Sequence record: ON529858.1
Length of the DNA: 64,000 bases
Direction: 5' to 3' (one strand)
The translations under genes were made by a program, and so were the position numbers. Positions 36,747 through 45,460 of this stretch are shown piece by piece. Each line of letters starts with the position of its first letter. Within the stretch, counting starts at the first letter, position 1. Under the pieces are notes generated by a model. The model did not search any database. It worked only from the letters and a program-made list of their open reading frames with translations, and had not been told where the DNA came from.

Positions 36747-36952
36747 GGGCCGTTCTCGCCGCCCTAGGCGCGGCGCTGGCGTTGGGGGCTTGCGCCCCCT
36801 CCGCCGGGCCTTCCTATACCCTGCTAGGCGTTGACGCGGCGGGCGAAGGCTACGCGCTCGACACGCGCCAGACGCTGGCGGACTGCCAGCGCCAGACGTT
36901 CGATTATGACCTAAGATTCGTCGAAAAACTTTGCGTGGCGGAGGCGTCTTAA
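36743..36952 (+). CDS. small lipoprotein
   Basis: MRAVLAALGAALALGA-C lipobox; stop inside junction. Confidence 0.7.
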   Translation: MRAVLAALGAALALGACAPSAGPSYTLLGVDAAGEGYALDTRQTLADCQRQTFDYDLRFVEKLCVAEAS

Positions 36953-36979
36953 CCTCTTGTTAAGACTTTCCCCGTAAAC

Positions 36980-37012
36980 AGGTCAGGTCAGGGGCGCTTC
37001 TGCCCCTGACCT
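36980..37012 (+). repeat. 33-bp hairpin leader repeated at 38320-38352
   Basis: AGGTCAGGTCAGGGGCGCTTCTGCCCCTGACCT identical in both copies. Confidence 0.85.
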
Positions 37013-37028
37013 AGCAAGGATCGCCCCC

Positions 37029-37415
37029 ATGGCCCGCCCCTCCGATCGCAACGCCCTTCTGACCCACGAAACCGTCAAGGCCTTTGCGCCGATCGCGTCC
37101 GCCGCCGTCGCCTCGCGCGACGCCGCTGCTATCGAGTCCGCCTCGCATATCTCCGCCGCTCTTGAGGCCTTGGCGCAATGGCGCCGGGATACGACGGAAA
37201 CGAGCCGCCGCCATGCGTTCGGCGCCGCCTCCGCCGCCTATGCCGTCGCATCCAGCCGCGCCACGGGTCACGGCGCCGTCGCGACCCGCCGCGCCCTGAC
37301 CGCCTATGCCGCCGGGCTCTTGCTCGCCACGGGCGCCCAAAACGACGCGCAAGCGGCCTTGCACGCTTGCACCGGCGCCGCTCGAATGTTGCTGGCCCTC
37401 GCCCGCGCGGCGTAA
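37029..37415 (+). CDS. early hypothetical Ala-rich protein
   Basis: AAGGA RBS; stop inside junction. Confidence 0.65.
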   Translation: MARPSDRNALLTHETVKAFAPIASAAVASRDAAAIESASHISAALEALAQWRRDTTETSRRHAFGAASAAYAVASSRATGHGAVATRRALTAYAAGLLLATGAQNDAQAALHACTGAARMLLALARAA

Positions 37416-37483
37416 CCCTTTCTTAACGCCCTGGCCCTAGAAAGGGTCAGGGCAATAAAGCCCCCTCAGAGAAAGCCGAACCC

Positions 37484-37672
37484 ATGCAAAAGCGCCATTT
37501 TGAAGCCGTCGCCGCCGACATCCGCCGCGCCTATCAGCAAGCCGAATCCGACGGCGAGCGGCGCGGCTGCTATGCCGTCGCGCACAACCTCGCCGAAACC
37601 TTCGCCGCTGCTAACCCCCTGTTTGACCGTCAACGCTTCCTTGTGGCGTGTGGCGTTGTGGCGGGGGGCTAG
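37484..37672 (+). CDS. early hypothetical protein
   Basis: MQKRHFEAVA...A..FAAANPLFDRQRFL.AC pattern common in phage early genes. Confidence 0.7.
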   Translation: MQKRHFEAVAADIRRAYQQAESDGERRGCYAVAHNLAETFAAANPLFDRQRFLVACGVVAGG

Positions 37673-37676
37673 GGCC

Positions 37677-37955
37677 ATGATCGCCACGCCTGCCCGCCTC
37701 AGAGAGGCTAGACGCCAAGCCCGCTCAGATGCGCGCCAAGGCCGGGCCTGTGACCCTTGCGGGTTCACGGGCCTAGCAGCGGAGGCCTATCGCAAGGCCT
37801 TTCGTGGGTTCTTTAGCGTGACCTATAGAGGGGTCAATCTGGAGCGCAACACAACGCGCCCCCATGCCTTGCGCTGGAGCGCGCTAGGCTATGGCGCGGC
37901 CGATACCCTAGACGGACTCAAGCGCCTTGTGCGCGACACTCAAGCGGAGGCTTAG
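37677..37955 (+). CDS. early hypothetical protein
   Basis: ATG 37677 (MIATPARL). Confidence 0.55.
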   Translation: MIATPARLREARRQARSDARQGRACDPCGFTGLAAEAYRKAFRGFFSVTYRGVNLERNTTRPHALRWSALGYGAADTLDGLKRLVRDTQAEA

Positions 37956-37959
37956 CCCC

Positions 37960-38289
37960 ATGCCCCATATCATCCTAGAACGCCACGCCTACGCCCCTGA
38001 ACTGAACCGCGCGCATATCCTCCGCAAGGGGCGAGTCGTGGCTCAGAGGCCTTGCCCCGGCGCCCTCTCGATCAAAGAGGCGCGCGCCATGCTATGGCCT
38101 CGCCTGACGCAAGGCCCTGCCCGCGTCGCCTTCTATGCCTCGCACTATGAGGGCGCCCGCAAGTGGCTTGAGAGGGCCTATCACGGCCGCGTCTCCAGCT
38201 ACGCCGCCGCGCTCGCCTTCTGGCGTCAAGAGGCCGCCAAACTGGCGCCCGGCGGAACCGCTACGATTCGCACAAGGCTTGTCGGCTAG
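37960..38289 (+). CDS. early hypothetical protein
   Basis: GGAGG RBS, ATG 37960. Confidence 0.6.
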   Translation: MPHIILERHAYAPELNRAHILRKGRVVAQRPCPGALSIKEARAMLWPRLTQGPARVAFYASHYEGARKWLERAYHGRVSSYAAALAFWRQEAAKLAPGGTATIRTRLVG

Positions 38290-38370
38290 TAACCTTTTGT
38301 TAAGACTTGCCCCGTATAAAGGTCAGGTCAGGGGCGCTTCTGCCCCTGACCTGAACCGGAGTTTCCCGCT

Positions 38371-38598
38371 ATGTCCGCCCACAAGTCGATGACCGAAACC
38401 GCCACGATGACCCCCCGCCGCGTGTTCGCCTATGAGGGCGTCGGTTACACGCGCGAGACGGGCGCCCCTGCCCCCCGCGTCGCTCCCGTGACGGTTACCG
38501 CCAAGGTTGAGCGTTTCCCCCTCTTCGCCCTTGTCGCGGTTGGCTTCGCCGCTGGCACGGTTCTTGCCGTGGTCGCCATGGCCGCCGGTCTGTTCTAA
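38371..38598 (+). CDS. early membrane-anchored protein
   Basis: GGAG RBS; C-terminal TM. Confidence 0.65.
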   Translation: MSAHKSMTETATMTPRRVFAYEGVGYTRETGAPAPRVAPVTVTAKVERFPLFALVAVGFAAGTVLAVVAMAAGLF

Positions 38599-38609
38599 AA
38601 TGACACACC

Positions 38610-38643
38610 CCCTCCCCTGTCCCAAAAAAGGACAGGGGAGGGA
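38610..38643. terminator. hairpin ending the early cassette region
   Basis: CCCTCCCCTGTCC-CAAAAAA-GGACAGGGGAGGG. Confidence 0.6.
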
Positions 38644-38908
38644 CCCAAGGCCCCCCCTTTGTTAACCACGTTTTGGGCGCCCCCGTGCGTATGGCGATGT
38701 AATCGAAAAGCGCCAACTCGTTAATCCCAGGAAAAAATGAGCCGAGGCGTTTTCCCAGGAACCGAGGGGGTAGGGTCGAAAAGGCAGTCCCAGATTTTTT
38801 TGAATCGGTGCGTCGATGTCTGTCAAGGAAAGTGCTAGGCCGACACTGGCACAGTTTGCTCCCAACGTGATAGTTGGCTATATAGCTGCTCTGGAATGGG
38901 AGTCCCAC

Positions 38909-39088
38909 ATGCCACGTCGAGATGGTCGAATGACCGCGTCCGAAAAATCGGCGGCTGTCGATGTCCTGACGGACATTTTCGGTGACGGCTCTGAAGAGGC
39001 GGGGGCAGAAGCCGGTCGTGACCTCCCGCGCCCGAGCCCCGAGAAGATCAAGGCAATCGCCCAGCAGTTGGTAGCAGCGCGCTCGTAA
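38909..39088 (+). CDS. possible small hypothetical protein
   Basis: GGGAG RBS, ATG 38909; atypical codon usage. Confidence 0.35.
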   Translation: MPRRDGRMTASEKSAAVDVLTDIFGDGSEEAGAEAGRDLPRPSPEKIKAIAQQLVAARS

Positions 39089-39531
39089 CTATTCTCCCGC
39101 GTAAACTGTGCCAGTGCCGCTAGGCCCGCGAAGCCATCGCTCAGACGCTGCGCGTCTTCGCGGCCGAGGACCGATCCAGTCCACTCGACCAATCCAGCCC
39201 ACTCATCCGATCCGGACAACTCGCCATCCCTGGCGACTAAACCGCTGATCCTGTATCCAAATCGTCAAATCTGGCGACTTATCCGCCCCAGCCGATCAGA
39301 TGTGAGGGTGTTGCGCCTGCCGGCCGGCTCGCCCAATCGGGCGCTACGCGGGAGGGTCCTGGGGACCGGGCAAAAGAAAACCGGCGGACCGCTCGTAACG
39401 ATCCGCCGGCCGTTGCCGCGCCGAGGCATGTCTTCAACAACACGGGACCCGCTTACCCCTCTAGGTCCCAGGCTGTCAAGGATCGACCCTCAGATTTTTT
39501 TTGAATCGCTCGGCGGATGCAGTCAAGTTTT

Positions 39532-40284
39532 CTACTGTCCCGGCGAAGCCGTCTTGAGCAGGTCCGGGTTCTCGCTGTCCTGACCGATGAAGATTTCGCC
39601 GGCGCCGCCGCGCCAGATGGAGAAGCCGGGGCGCAGGTCGACCGAGAGGTCTCCGTCCATCAGCACCGAGCCCAGGCGGACCGGGCGGGTCTCCTGGAAC
39701 GGCATGGGGGTTTCGTAGACGCCGACCCCGATCTCGACGACGCCGGCGTCGGCGGTTTCGACCAGGAGCGTCGCGTGTCCCGACGTGCCGCCGGGCGCCC
39801 AGATCATCAGCGCCATCTTGGACCCGCCCTGGCCGGCGGTGTGCAGCATCTCGGCGACCGTCAGGGCGTAGTCCTCGCAGTCGCCGCAGACGGTGTTGGA
39901 CGACCAGTAGTCCTCCTTGCCGAACATGAGGTCGTCGGGGGTGTAGTAGAACTTGGCCCGCAGGGCGGCGTCGATCCGCACGACCTGTTCCAGCGGGAGC
40001 GCGGCGTCACCACCGCCGGCGCAGAGCACGGACGACACGGTGGGGTCGTTGCAGAAGCGCTCGATGTCGCCGACCTCCATGACGATCCCCTCTCCTGGCT
40101 GGGGCCGTGGAGTCAGTGCCCCGAAAACGCCGGTCACGATGTTGGGCTTCTTGCGCTGGGGGCAGGGTGCGGCCGAGATCGGCGCGGTCACCTGGGTCTG
40201 TGAGGGGGCGTCCGGCTGCGCCGGCGTGCAGGCAAAGAGTCCCAGCGCCAGGGCGACGGGAGCGAGAAAGCGCAGCAGGTTCAT
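39532..40284 (-). CDS. transglutaminase-like cysteine peptidase (BTLCP/LapG-like) lipoprotein
   Basis: Lipobox LGLFA-C; DDLMFGKEDYW, GDCEDYA, GHATLLV catalytic motifs; start MNLLRFL 40284. Confidence 0.85.
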   Translation of the reverse strand: MNLLRFLAPVALALGLFACTPAQPDAPSQTQVTAPISAAPCPQRKKPNIVTGVFGALTPRPQPGEGIVMEVGDIERFCNDPTVSSVLCAGGGDAALPLEQVVRIDAALRAKFYYTPDDLMFGKEDYWSSNTVCGDCEDYALTVAEMLHTAGQGGSKMALMIWAPGGTSGHATLLVETADAGVVEIGVGVYETPMPFQETRPVRLGSVLMDGDLSVDLRPGFSIWRGGAGEIFIGQDSENPDLLKTASPGQ

Positions 40285-40727
40285 AGGGGACAGCCACAGA
40301 GGTGAAACTGTCCACAATCATGACACAATACGTCGCGAATCACAACATATTGCCAGATCACGACGACGTGATGGAACAAAAACGCCCCGCCGGACATGCC
40401 AGCGGGGCGTCTGAAGGCGCTCTCCCATCCTCACGGGTAGGGACAACTGCCCCGGTGCTCGGTCACCATGCGCGGCGCCGCCAGGGCAAGGGCCATTATC
40501 GACGCCCTCATAAAAAGGCCCGCCGCAGCGGAGGGGCTGGGGCGGGCCGGTGGATGTTATCGCCGAAGCGAGGGTCGGGAGGCGAGACCTGCGGTTCCGC
40601 CAGAACAGTTCAACGCAACATCTCGCACCTCCTGGGTCATGAGTTCATAGGGTCGCCGCAGCGGCCTTTGGGAAGACCACAACCTACAGGCTGTCGCGGT
40701 CGCGTCAAGAGGGCATCGTCGTTAACG

Positions 40728-40756
40728 GCGACATTCCTACGTCGTGAATCTTGACA
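40728..40756 (+). promoter_or_regulatory. conserved promoter motif upstream of portal
   Basis: ACGTCGTGAATCTTGAC at 40739-40755. Confidence 0.7.
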
Positions 40757-40897
40757 CCCCCCGTTAACCATGGCATCTCTGGCTTCGCTGAGCCCTCCCA
40801 GGCAGAGCACCCTCCTACGTCATGGAACACTAGGGGGCGGATAGTAGGCCCGGATCAGTATGTCGGACCGAATACCGCCCCCGCCTTTTTGAGCGCG

Positions 40898-42652
40898 ATG
40901 TCCGGTCAGACCCCCAACAGCACGAATATCGACCGGGTCGCCCGCGCCACCTCGCAAGCGGTGTATCTGGTCACGCACCCGGAGTATCAATACTGGCGCC
41001 CCGAGTGGACCAAGCTGCGCGACGTGATCTCCGGCCAGCGTGAGATCAAGCGCAAGGGCCGCGCCTACCTGCCGGGCATGAAGGGCGCAGACACCGACGA
41101 CTACGCGATCTACCTGGAGCGCGCCACCTTCTACAACATGACGGGCCAGACCGTGAACGGCATGGTCGGTCAGGTCTTCCGCCGCGACCCGGTCATCCGG
41201 GGTCTGCCGGACCGCTTCAAGACCACGATGCGCAAGTTCGGCAAGGACGGCTCCACCCACGTCCTGTTCGCCAAGTCGATCGTCGCCGAGCAAGCCACCC
41301 TGGGCCGCGTCGGCGTCCTGGTCGATGCGCCGCCCACGATGACCAAGGGCATCCCGTCCTCCTTCGCCGTCGCCTACTCGGCCGAGAACATCCTGGATTG
41401 GGACGTCACCACCAGCGAAGACGGCTTCCTGACCCCGCTGCGCGTCCTGCTGCGCGAGTTCGCCCGTGACGACGGCGTCGTCCAGGCCGCCAAGCCCCTG
41501 ACCTCCGCCGAAGCCCGCAAGCGCCGCGCCCAGGAAGAGGCCGCCGCCCGCGCCGGCAAGCCCATGGTCCGCCAGTCGCGCGCCCAGATCGGCGGCTACA
41601 GCTACAAGACCATCTACCGCGAACTGGTCCTCGAACAGATTCCGTATCCGGATGGCGTCTACCGCGCCGGCTACGTCCAATACGTCTACGAGGAAGACCC
41701 GAACTCCCAGCCGATCGACCGCATCGTGCCGACCGTGCGCGGGATGCCCTGGGCCGAGATTCCGTTCCAGATGTTCGGCGCGTCGAGCAACAACTTCGAC
41801 GTCGAGAAGCCGCCGGTCCTTGAGATCGCCGACCTCAACATCTCCCACTACCGCACCTACGCCGAACTGGAATACGGCCGGCTGTTCACGGCTCTGCCCG
41901 TCTACTACGCGCCGGGCACCGACGGCGAAGGCACGGGCGAATACCACATCGGCCCCAACATGGTCTGGGAGGTCCCGCAAGGATCGACCCCTGGCATCCT
42001 GGAATACACGGGTCAGGGGCTCAACGCCCTGGTCGTCGCCCTGAACTCCAAGGAGCAGCAGATCGCCGCGATCGGCGGGCGCATGATGCCCGGCGCCTCC
42101 AAGTCGACCTCGGAGTCGAACCAGCAGACCTCGCTCCGCGAGGCCAACGAGCAATCGCTGCTGCTGAACATCGTCCAGGCCAACGAGCACGGCATGGCGA
42201 ACGTGGTCCGCTGGTATCTGATCTGGCGCGATGCGACGCCCGAAGAGGTCGCCGAACTCCGCTACGAGATCAACACGGACTTCCTGTCCACCCCGATCGG
42301 CGCCCGCGAAATCCGCGCCGTGCAGATGATGTTCAACGACGGCCTGCTGACCGTGCCGCAACTCTACACCTACCTGCGCAAGGCCGAGATCGTCGGTTCG
42401 GACACGTCGGTCGAAGAGTTCGAGGCGCAACTGCGTGACCCGAACAGCTTCTTCAACAACCCGGACGCCCAAGCCAAGCTGCGAGGCTTCGCCAACCGCG
42501 CCCAGGAACTGCTTCAGAACCAACTCGCTCGCGAGGCGGACTTCGAACAGCAGTCGCTCGACCTCCAAGAGCGCCAGATCGAAATGCCTGACGCCGCCAG
42601 CCGCTCCAAGATGCTGTCGGCTAACATCGCCGCCAACACCCCGCCCGCCTGA
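40898..42652 (+). CDS. portal protein
   Basis: THPEY...W..LRD...G.REIK.KG.AYLP; YLERATFYN; position after terminase and before head genes; start moved to ATG 40898. Confidence 0.88.
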   Translation: MSGQTPNSTNIDRVARATSQAVYLVTHPEYQYWRPEWTKLRDVISGQREIKRKGRAYLPGMKGADTDDYAIYLERATFYNMTGQTVNGMVGQVFRRDPVIRGLPDRFKTTMRKFGKDGSTHVLFAKSIVAEQATLGRVGVLVDAPPTMTKGIPSSFAVAYSAENILDWDVTTSEDGFLTPLRVLLREFARDDGVVQAAKPLTSAEARKRRAQEEAAARAGKPMVRQSRAQIGGYSYKTIYRELVLEQIPYPDGVYRAGYVQYVYEEDPNSQPIDRIVPTVRGMPWAEIPFQMFGASSNNFDVEKPPVLEIADLNISHYRTYAELEYGRLFTALPVYYAPGTDGEGTGEYHIGPNMVWEVPQGSTPGILEYTGQGLNALVVALNSKEQQIAAIGGRMMPGASKSTSESNQQTSLREANEQSLLLNIVQANEHGMANVVRWYLIWRDATPEEVAELRYEINTDFLSTPIGAREIRAVQMMFNDGLLTVPQLYTYLRKAEIVGSDTSVEEFEAQLRDPNSFFNNPDAQAKLRGFANRAQELLQNQLAREADFEQQSLDLQERQIEMPDAASRSKMLSANIAANTPPA

Positions 42653-42671
42653 CCACCGAGCCTGAGTATCC

Positions 42672-42842
42672 ATGCCGCGTTACGACTCCATCGACGACCT
42701 GACCTTCGACCTCGATCACGAGGGTATGGCGGGGGAAGACGACTCCCTCGACGACGATGATCTGGCGCTTCTGACACCGCCCCGCCGGCCGGCGGCCCCG
42801 ACTCCGGCCAAGAAGAAGTCCACCCCGAAGAGAAAGACCTGA
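42672..42842 (+). CDS. small hypothetical protein, 56 aa (acidic N-terminus, basic C-terminus; not in ORF track)
   Basis: MPRYDSIDDLTFDLDHEG...AKKKSTPKRKT. Confidence 0.55.
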   Translation: MPRYDSIDDLTFDLDHEGMAGEDDSLDDDDLALLTPPRRPAAPTPAKKKSTPKRKT

Positions 42843-42844
42843 TC

Positions 42845-43315
42845 ATGTCCTACGATCCTTTCGCCCTCTCCCCCGAGATTGCGGCGAAGTATCCCGGTCC
42901 CGACCGTCCGCTGAGCAACATCAGCTACGAGACGAAGACCGGCGCCCGCTCCCCCTATGAGGCCCTGTGCCGCAAGGGTCCCTTCGATCCGTTCATGGTT
43001 TCGGCCGAGTTCGAGGATCGCCCCGAGGCTCCGCCCGTGCGCGGTCTCTGCCTGGACGGCCTGGGCGACCTGCCCTCCATCGACACCTACAGCGAGCAGA
43101 CGCAGGCCTACATCGCCGCGCTCCGCACGCCCGGCTTCGACCCGTTCGCCGTGTCGCCCCACATCGCCGCCAAGTATCCCAAGGACGTGCCCCTGACGGC
43201 TGGCGTCTTCGGCTCCTACGACGGCCCCGAGGACACCCTGACGTTCGTGACCCCCGAGATCGCCGCGCGCTATCCGGACAAGGCCGAGCCCCAGGCCGAC
43301 GGCGGCGCCGCCTGA
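42845..43315 (+). CDS. hypothetical protein with internal DPFAxSPEIAAKYP repeats
   Basis: Motif recurs 3-4 times. Confidence 0.65.
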   Translation: MSYDPFALSPEIAAKYPGPDRPLSNISYETKTGARSPYEALCRKGPFDPFMVSAEFEDRPEAPPVRGLCLDGLGDLPSIDTYSEQTQAYIAALRTPGFDPFAVSPHIAAKYPKDVPLTAGVFGSYDGPEDTLTFVTPEIAARYPDKAEPQADGGAA

Positions 43316-43542
43316 TGGCTCAGGTCCCGCCCGATCCCGACTACCGCTACGACTACGACGACACCCAGGTCGGCGATCGTGGCGGCCCCGCCTCCCAGGG
43401 CTGGAAGGACAGCCTTGAGGACTGGTGGCACGCCTTCATGTGGGAGACCAACGACCTGCTCCAGTTCAACCGCAAGGCTGCGCTGACCCTGGCCGGCGTC
43501 TCCGCCTTCGCCGGCTGGCTGATCGGCTCGCTCCTGTTCTGA
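43315..43542 (+). CDS. small membrane-anchored protein
   Basis: TGATG coupling; C-terminal TM. Confidence 0.6.
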   Translation: MAQVPPDPDYRYDYDDTQVGDRGGPASQGWKDSLEDWWHAFMWETNDLLQFNRKAALTLAGVSAFAGWLIGSLLF

Positions 43543-43703
43543 ACCATTCGCCCTGAAACGATAGGGGCGGACCCGCCGTGCCGGGCTTTGTAGAGCGCAC
43601 GGGCAACGCTGACCACGTTCGGTCCTGCACCCCAGGCAGTATTAGACAGGGCCGTCGCGTTGGGGTCGGCGGCCCATCCCTTCCCCGCTTTGGAGCATCC
43701 CTG

Positions 43704-44078
43704 ATGCCGCTCTCTGCCGCAGATTATCGCGAACTGGCCGACGCCGCCGACCAACACGTCCAGGACGTCGCCGCCACCGCGTATCTCATCGCCGACGAAC
43801 AGATCGCCGAGGCCTCCGCCCTCTACGACCAGATCGCCGCCGCCGACATCGACAAAGCCGTCCGAGAGGCCGCCCGCCTGAAGCTGGTCGCCGACCTCCT
43901 GGAACTCGCCGACGAAGTCGAGGCCGGTCTGGTCCGCAGCGTCGCCTACGTCGCCGTCCGCGACGGGACGATCACCAAGCGCTTCAGCCACACCGGCGAT
44001 TGGGCGACCCTGCTGGGCGCCGTCACTTCGATCGCCAACGACATCGACGCCGAGGGCAACAACACGCCCGAGGCCTAA
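43704..44078 (+). CDS. hypothetical protein
   Basis: GGAG RBS, ATG 43704. Confidence 0.65.
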   Translation: MPLSAADYRELADAADQHVQDVAATAYLIADEQIAEASALYDQIAAADIDKAVREAARLKLVADLLELADEVEAGLVRSVAYVAVRDGTITKRFSHTGDWATLLGAVTSIANDIDAEGNNTPEA

Positions 44079-44272
44079 CCCTCTTCATCCTGTGCATCCT
44101 CCACCCAGGTCGCAGGCCGGCACGCTAGGTCATCAAGACGGGGCTGCTCTGGCTGGGTTCGACACCCAGATTCCAGCAGTCAAATCGCGCACAGGCAGGG
44201 GCTTCACCGCTCCTGGTAGACAGCGTCAAGTCCCGTAAGCCGGCACCTCTCTTTCGCTCCCGAGCATCCGCC

Positions 44273-44941
44273 ATGTCCACCCAAGATCACCGCCCTGACC
44301 GCGACCAGACGCTCTTCAGCGTCTCGGGTGTGGACCTGCCGTCCTTCGCGCCGCCCCTGATCCAGGACCCCCGCGACTGGCGTAACGTCAGGCGCGCCGC
44401 CGCGCCGCACCTGTCGCACGACGCCCAGGCCGTGGACGCCATCGCCGCCGGCATGGAGCAGCCGACGGCCAGCTACCTCATCGGCGGCTGCGTCGATCTG
44501 AACGGGTCGTCCGCGCGGCCGGAGGGCATCTATCGCTCGCCTCCCCCCAACGGCCTGCCGGACCTGAGCGGCCTCGACATCGCCATCGCGCGCCCCGCCC
44601 TGCCCGGCGACCTCCGCCCCACTCCGCCCCAGCCGGGCGCCTCGCCTTTCATGCCGCGTCCCGTCGTTCTCCCCGAGAAGCCCATGCCCGCCAAGATCGT
44701 CATCGCCGTCTATCTGGATGACGGCCGCGTCTTCGAATACGACGTCAACACCACGAGCCAAGCGCGCGAGCACACCGCCGCGATCATCACGGGCGGCTAC
44801 CGCTCCTGCCAGATGGATACCTCGATCGGATCGAGCGAAGAGGGCGTGCTGGAGCACTACCCGCCGCACCGCATCCTGAAGGTCAAGGCCACGGGTCCGG
44901 GCATCCGCACCAACTATCCCGACCGCATCCGGGGGACCTGA
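44273..44941 (+). CDS. hypothetical Pro-rich protein
   Basis: ORF track, coding-like codon bias. Confidence 0.65.
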   Translation: MSTQDHRPDRDQTLFSVSGVDLPSFAPPLIQDPRDWRNVRRAAAPHLSHDAQAVDAIAAGMEQPTASYLIGGCVDLNGSSARPEGIYRSPPPNGLPDLSGLDIAIARPALPGDLRPTPPQPGASPFMPRPVVLPEKPMPAKIVIAVYLDDGRVFEYDVNTTSQAREHTAAIITGGYRSCQMDTSIGSSEEGVLEHYPPHRILKVKATGPGIRTNYPDRIRGT

Positions 44942-45195
44942 CATGGTCGCGTGGCTGCATCGTCTGATGGATCGCCTCTGCCCGTCCTTCGACTGGCTCG
45001 ACGGGCTGTTCCAGCATGACCTCCCTATCATCGACGCGGACCTCCGCATCTTCACCGGAAAGAAGCCTGATGGCGATTCCTGAAAAATACCAGGACACGG
45101 CGCTGTTCCTGTTCCATTGCGCCCTCTGGCTCGGTGGCATCTTCTTCGGCTACTTGGCCGCCCAGGTCGGCTCCTAGGGTTTCCGGATACACGCT

Positions 45196-45459
45196 ATGCC
45201 GATGGACATCCCCGAACTGCTGGATCACTTCGCCGGCTGCGCCCAGAGCACCTACGCCACGACGGGCGTAGCGCTGCACGGCTACTCGACCGGCCGTGAC
45301 GGCGGCGTCGAGACCGCGTGGTTCGAAGCGACCAAGACCGCCCTCATCCTGGATGGGCGCTTCACCGTGACGGACACCTCCAGCACGACGATGCACTCCC
45401 TGTCCCTCACCCTCAACGATCCCGTCGGCCCGGCCGGCGACATCACCCGGAAGAACTGA
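45196..45459 (+). CDS. hypothetical protein
   Basis: ORF track. Confidence 0.55.
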   Translation: MPMDIPELLDHFAGCAQSTYATTGVALHGYSTGRDGGVETAWFEATKTALILDGRFTVTDTSSTTMHSLSLTLNDPVGPAGDITRKN

Positions 45460-45460
45460 C

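Larger units (their letters stand above)
24608..38352. promoter_or_regulatory. about 25 repeated early promoter/junction elements: CtrA-like NTAA-N7-TTAA + GAC + hairpin + RBS
   Basis: Boxes at 24608, 25539, 25983, 26607, 27028, 27459, 27815, 28714, 29371, 30335, 31048, 31578, 32952, 33636, 34086, 35330, 35890, 36223, 36397, 36949, 37412, 38289 (+) and 24564, 34660, 35084, 36364 (-). Confidence 0.85.

Noticed and set aside
40751-40897. Portal N-terminal extension given by the ORF track (TTG 40751)
   Set aside because: That TTG is the TTGAC of the conserved promoter motif; ATG 40898 is more plausible. The same applies to the track start at 56654.
44104-44180. tRNA or tmRNA gene suggested by the GGTTCGAC T-loop
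   Set aside because: No acceptor-stem pairing, D-arm or anticodon arm at canonical spacing. Kept only as a structured-RNA candidate.
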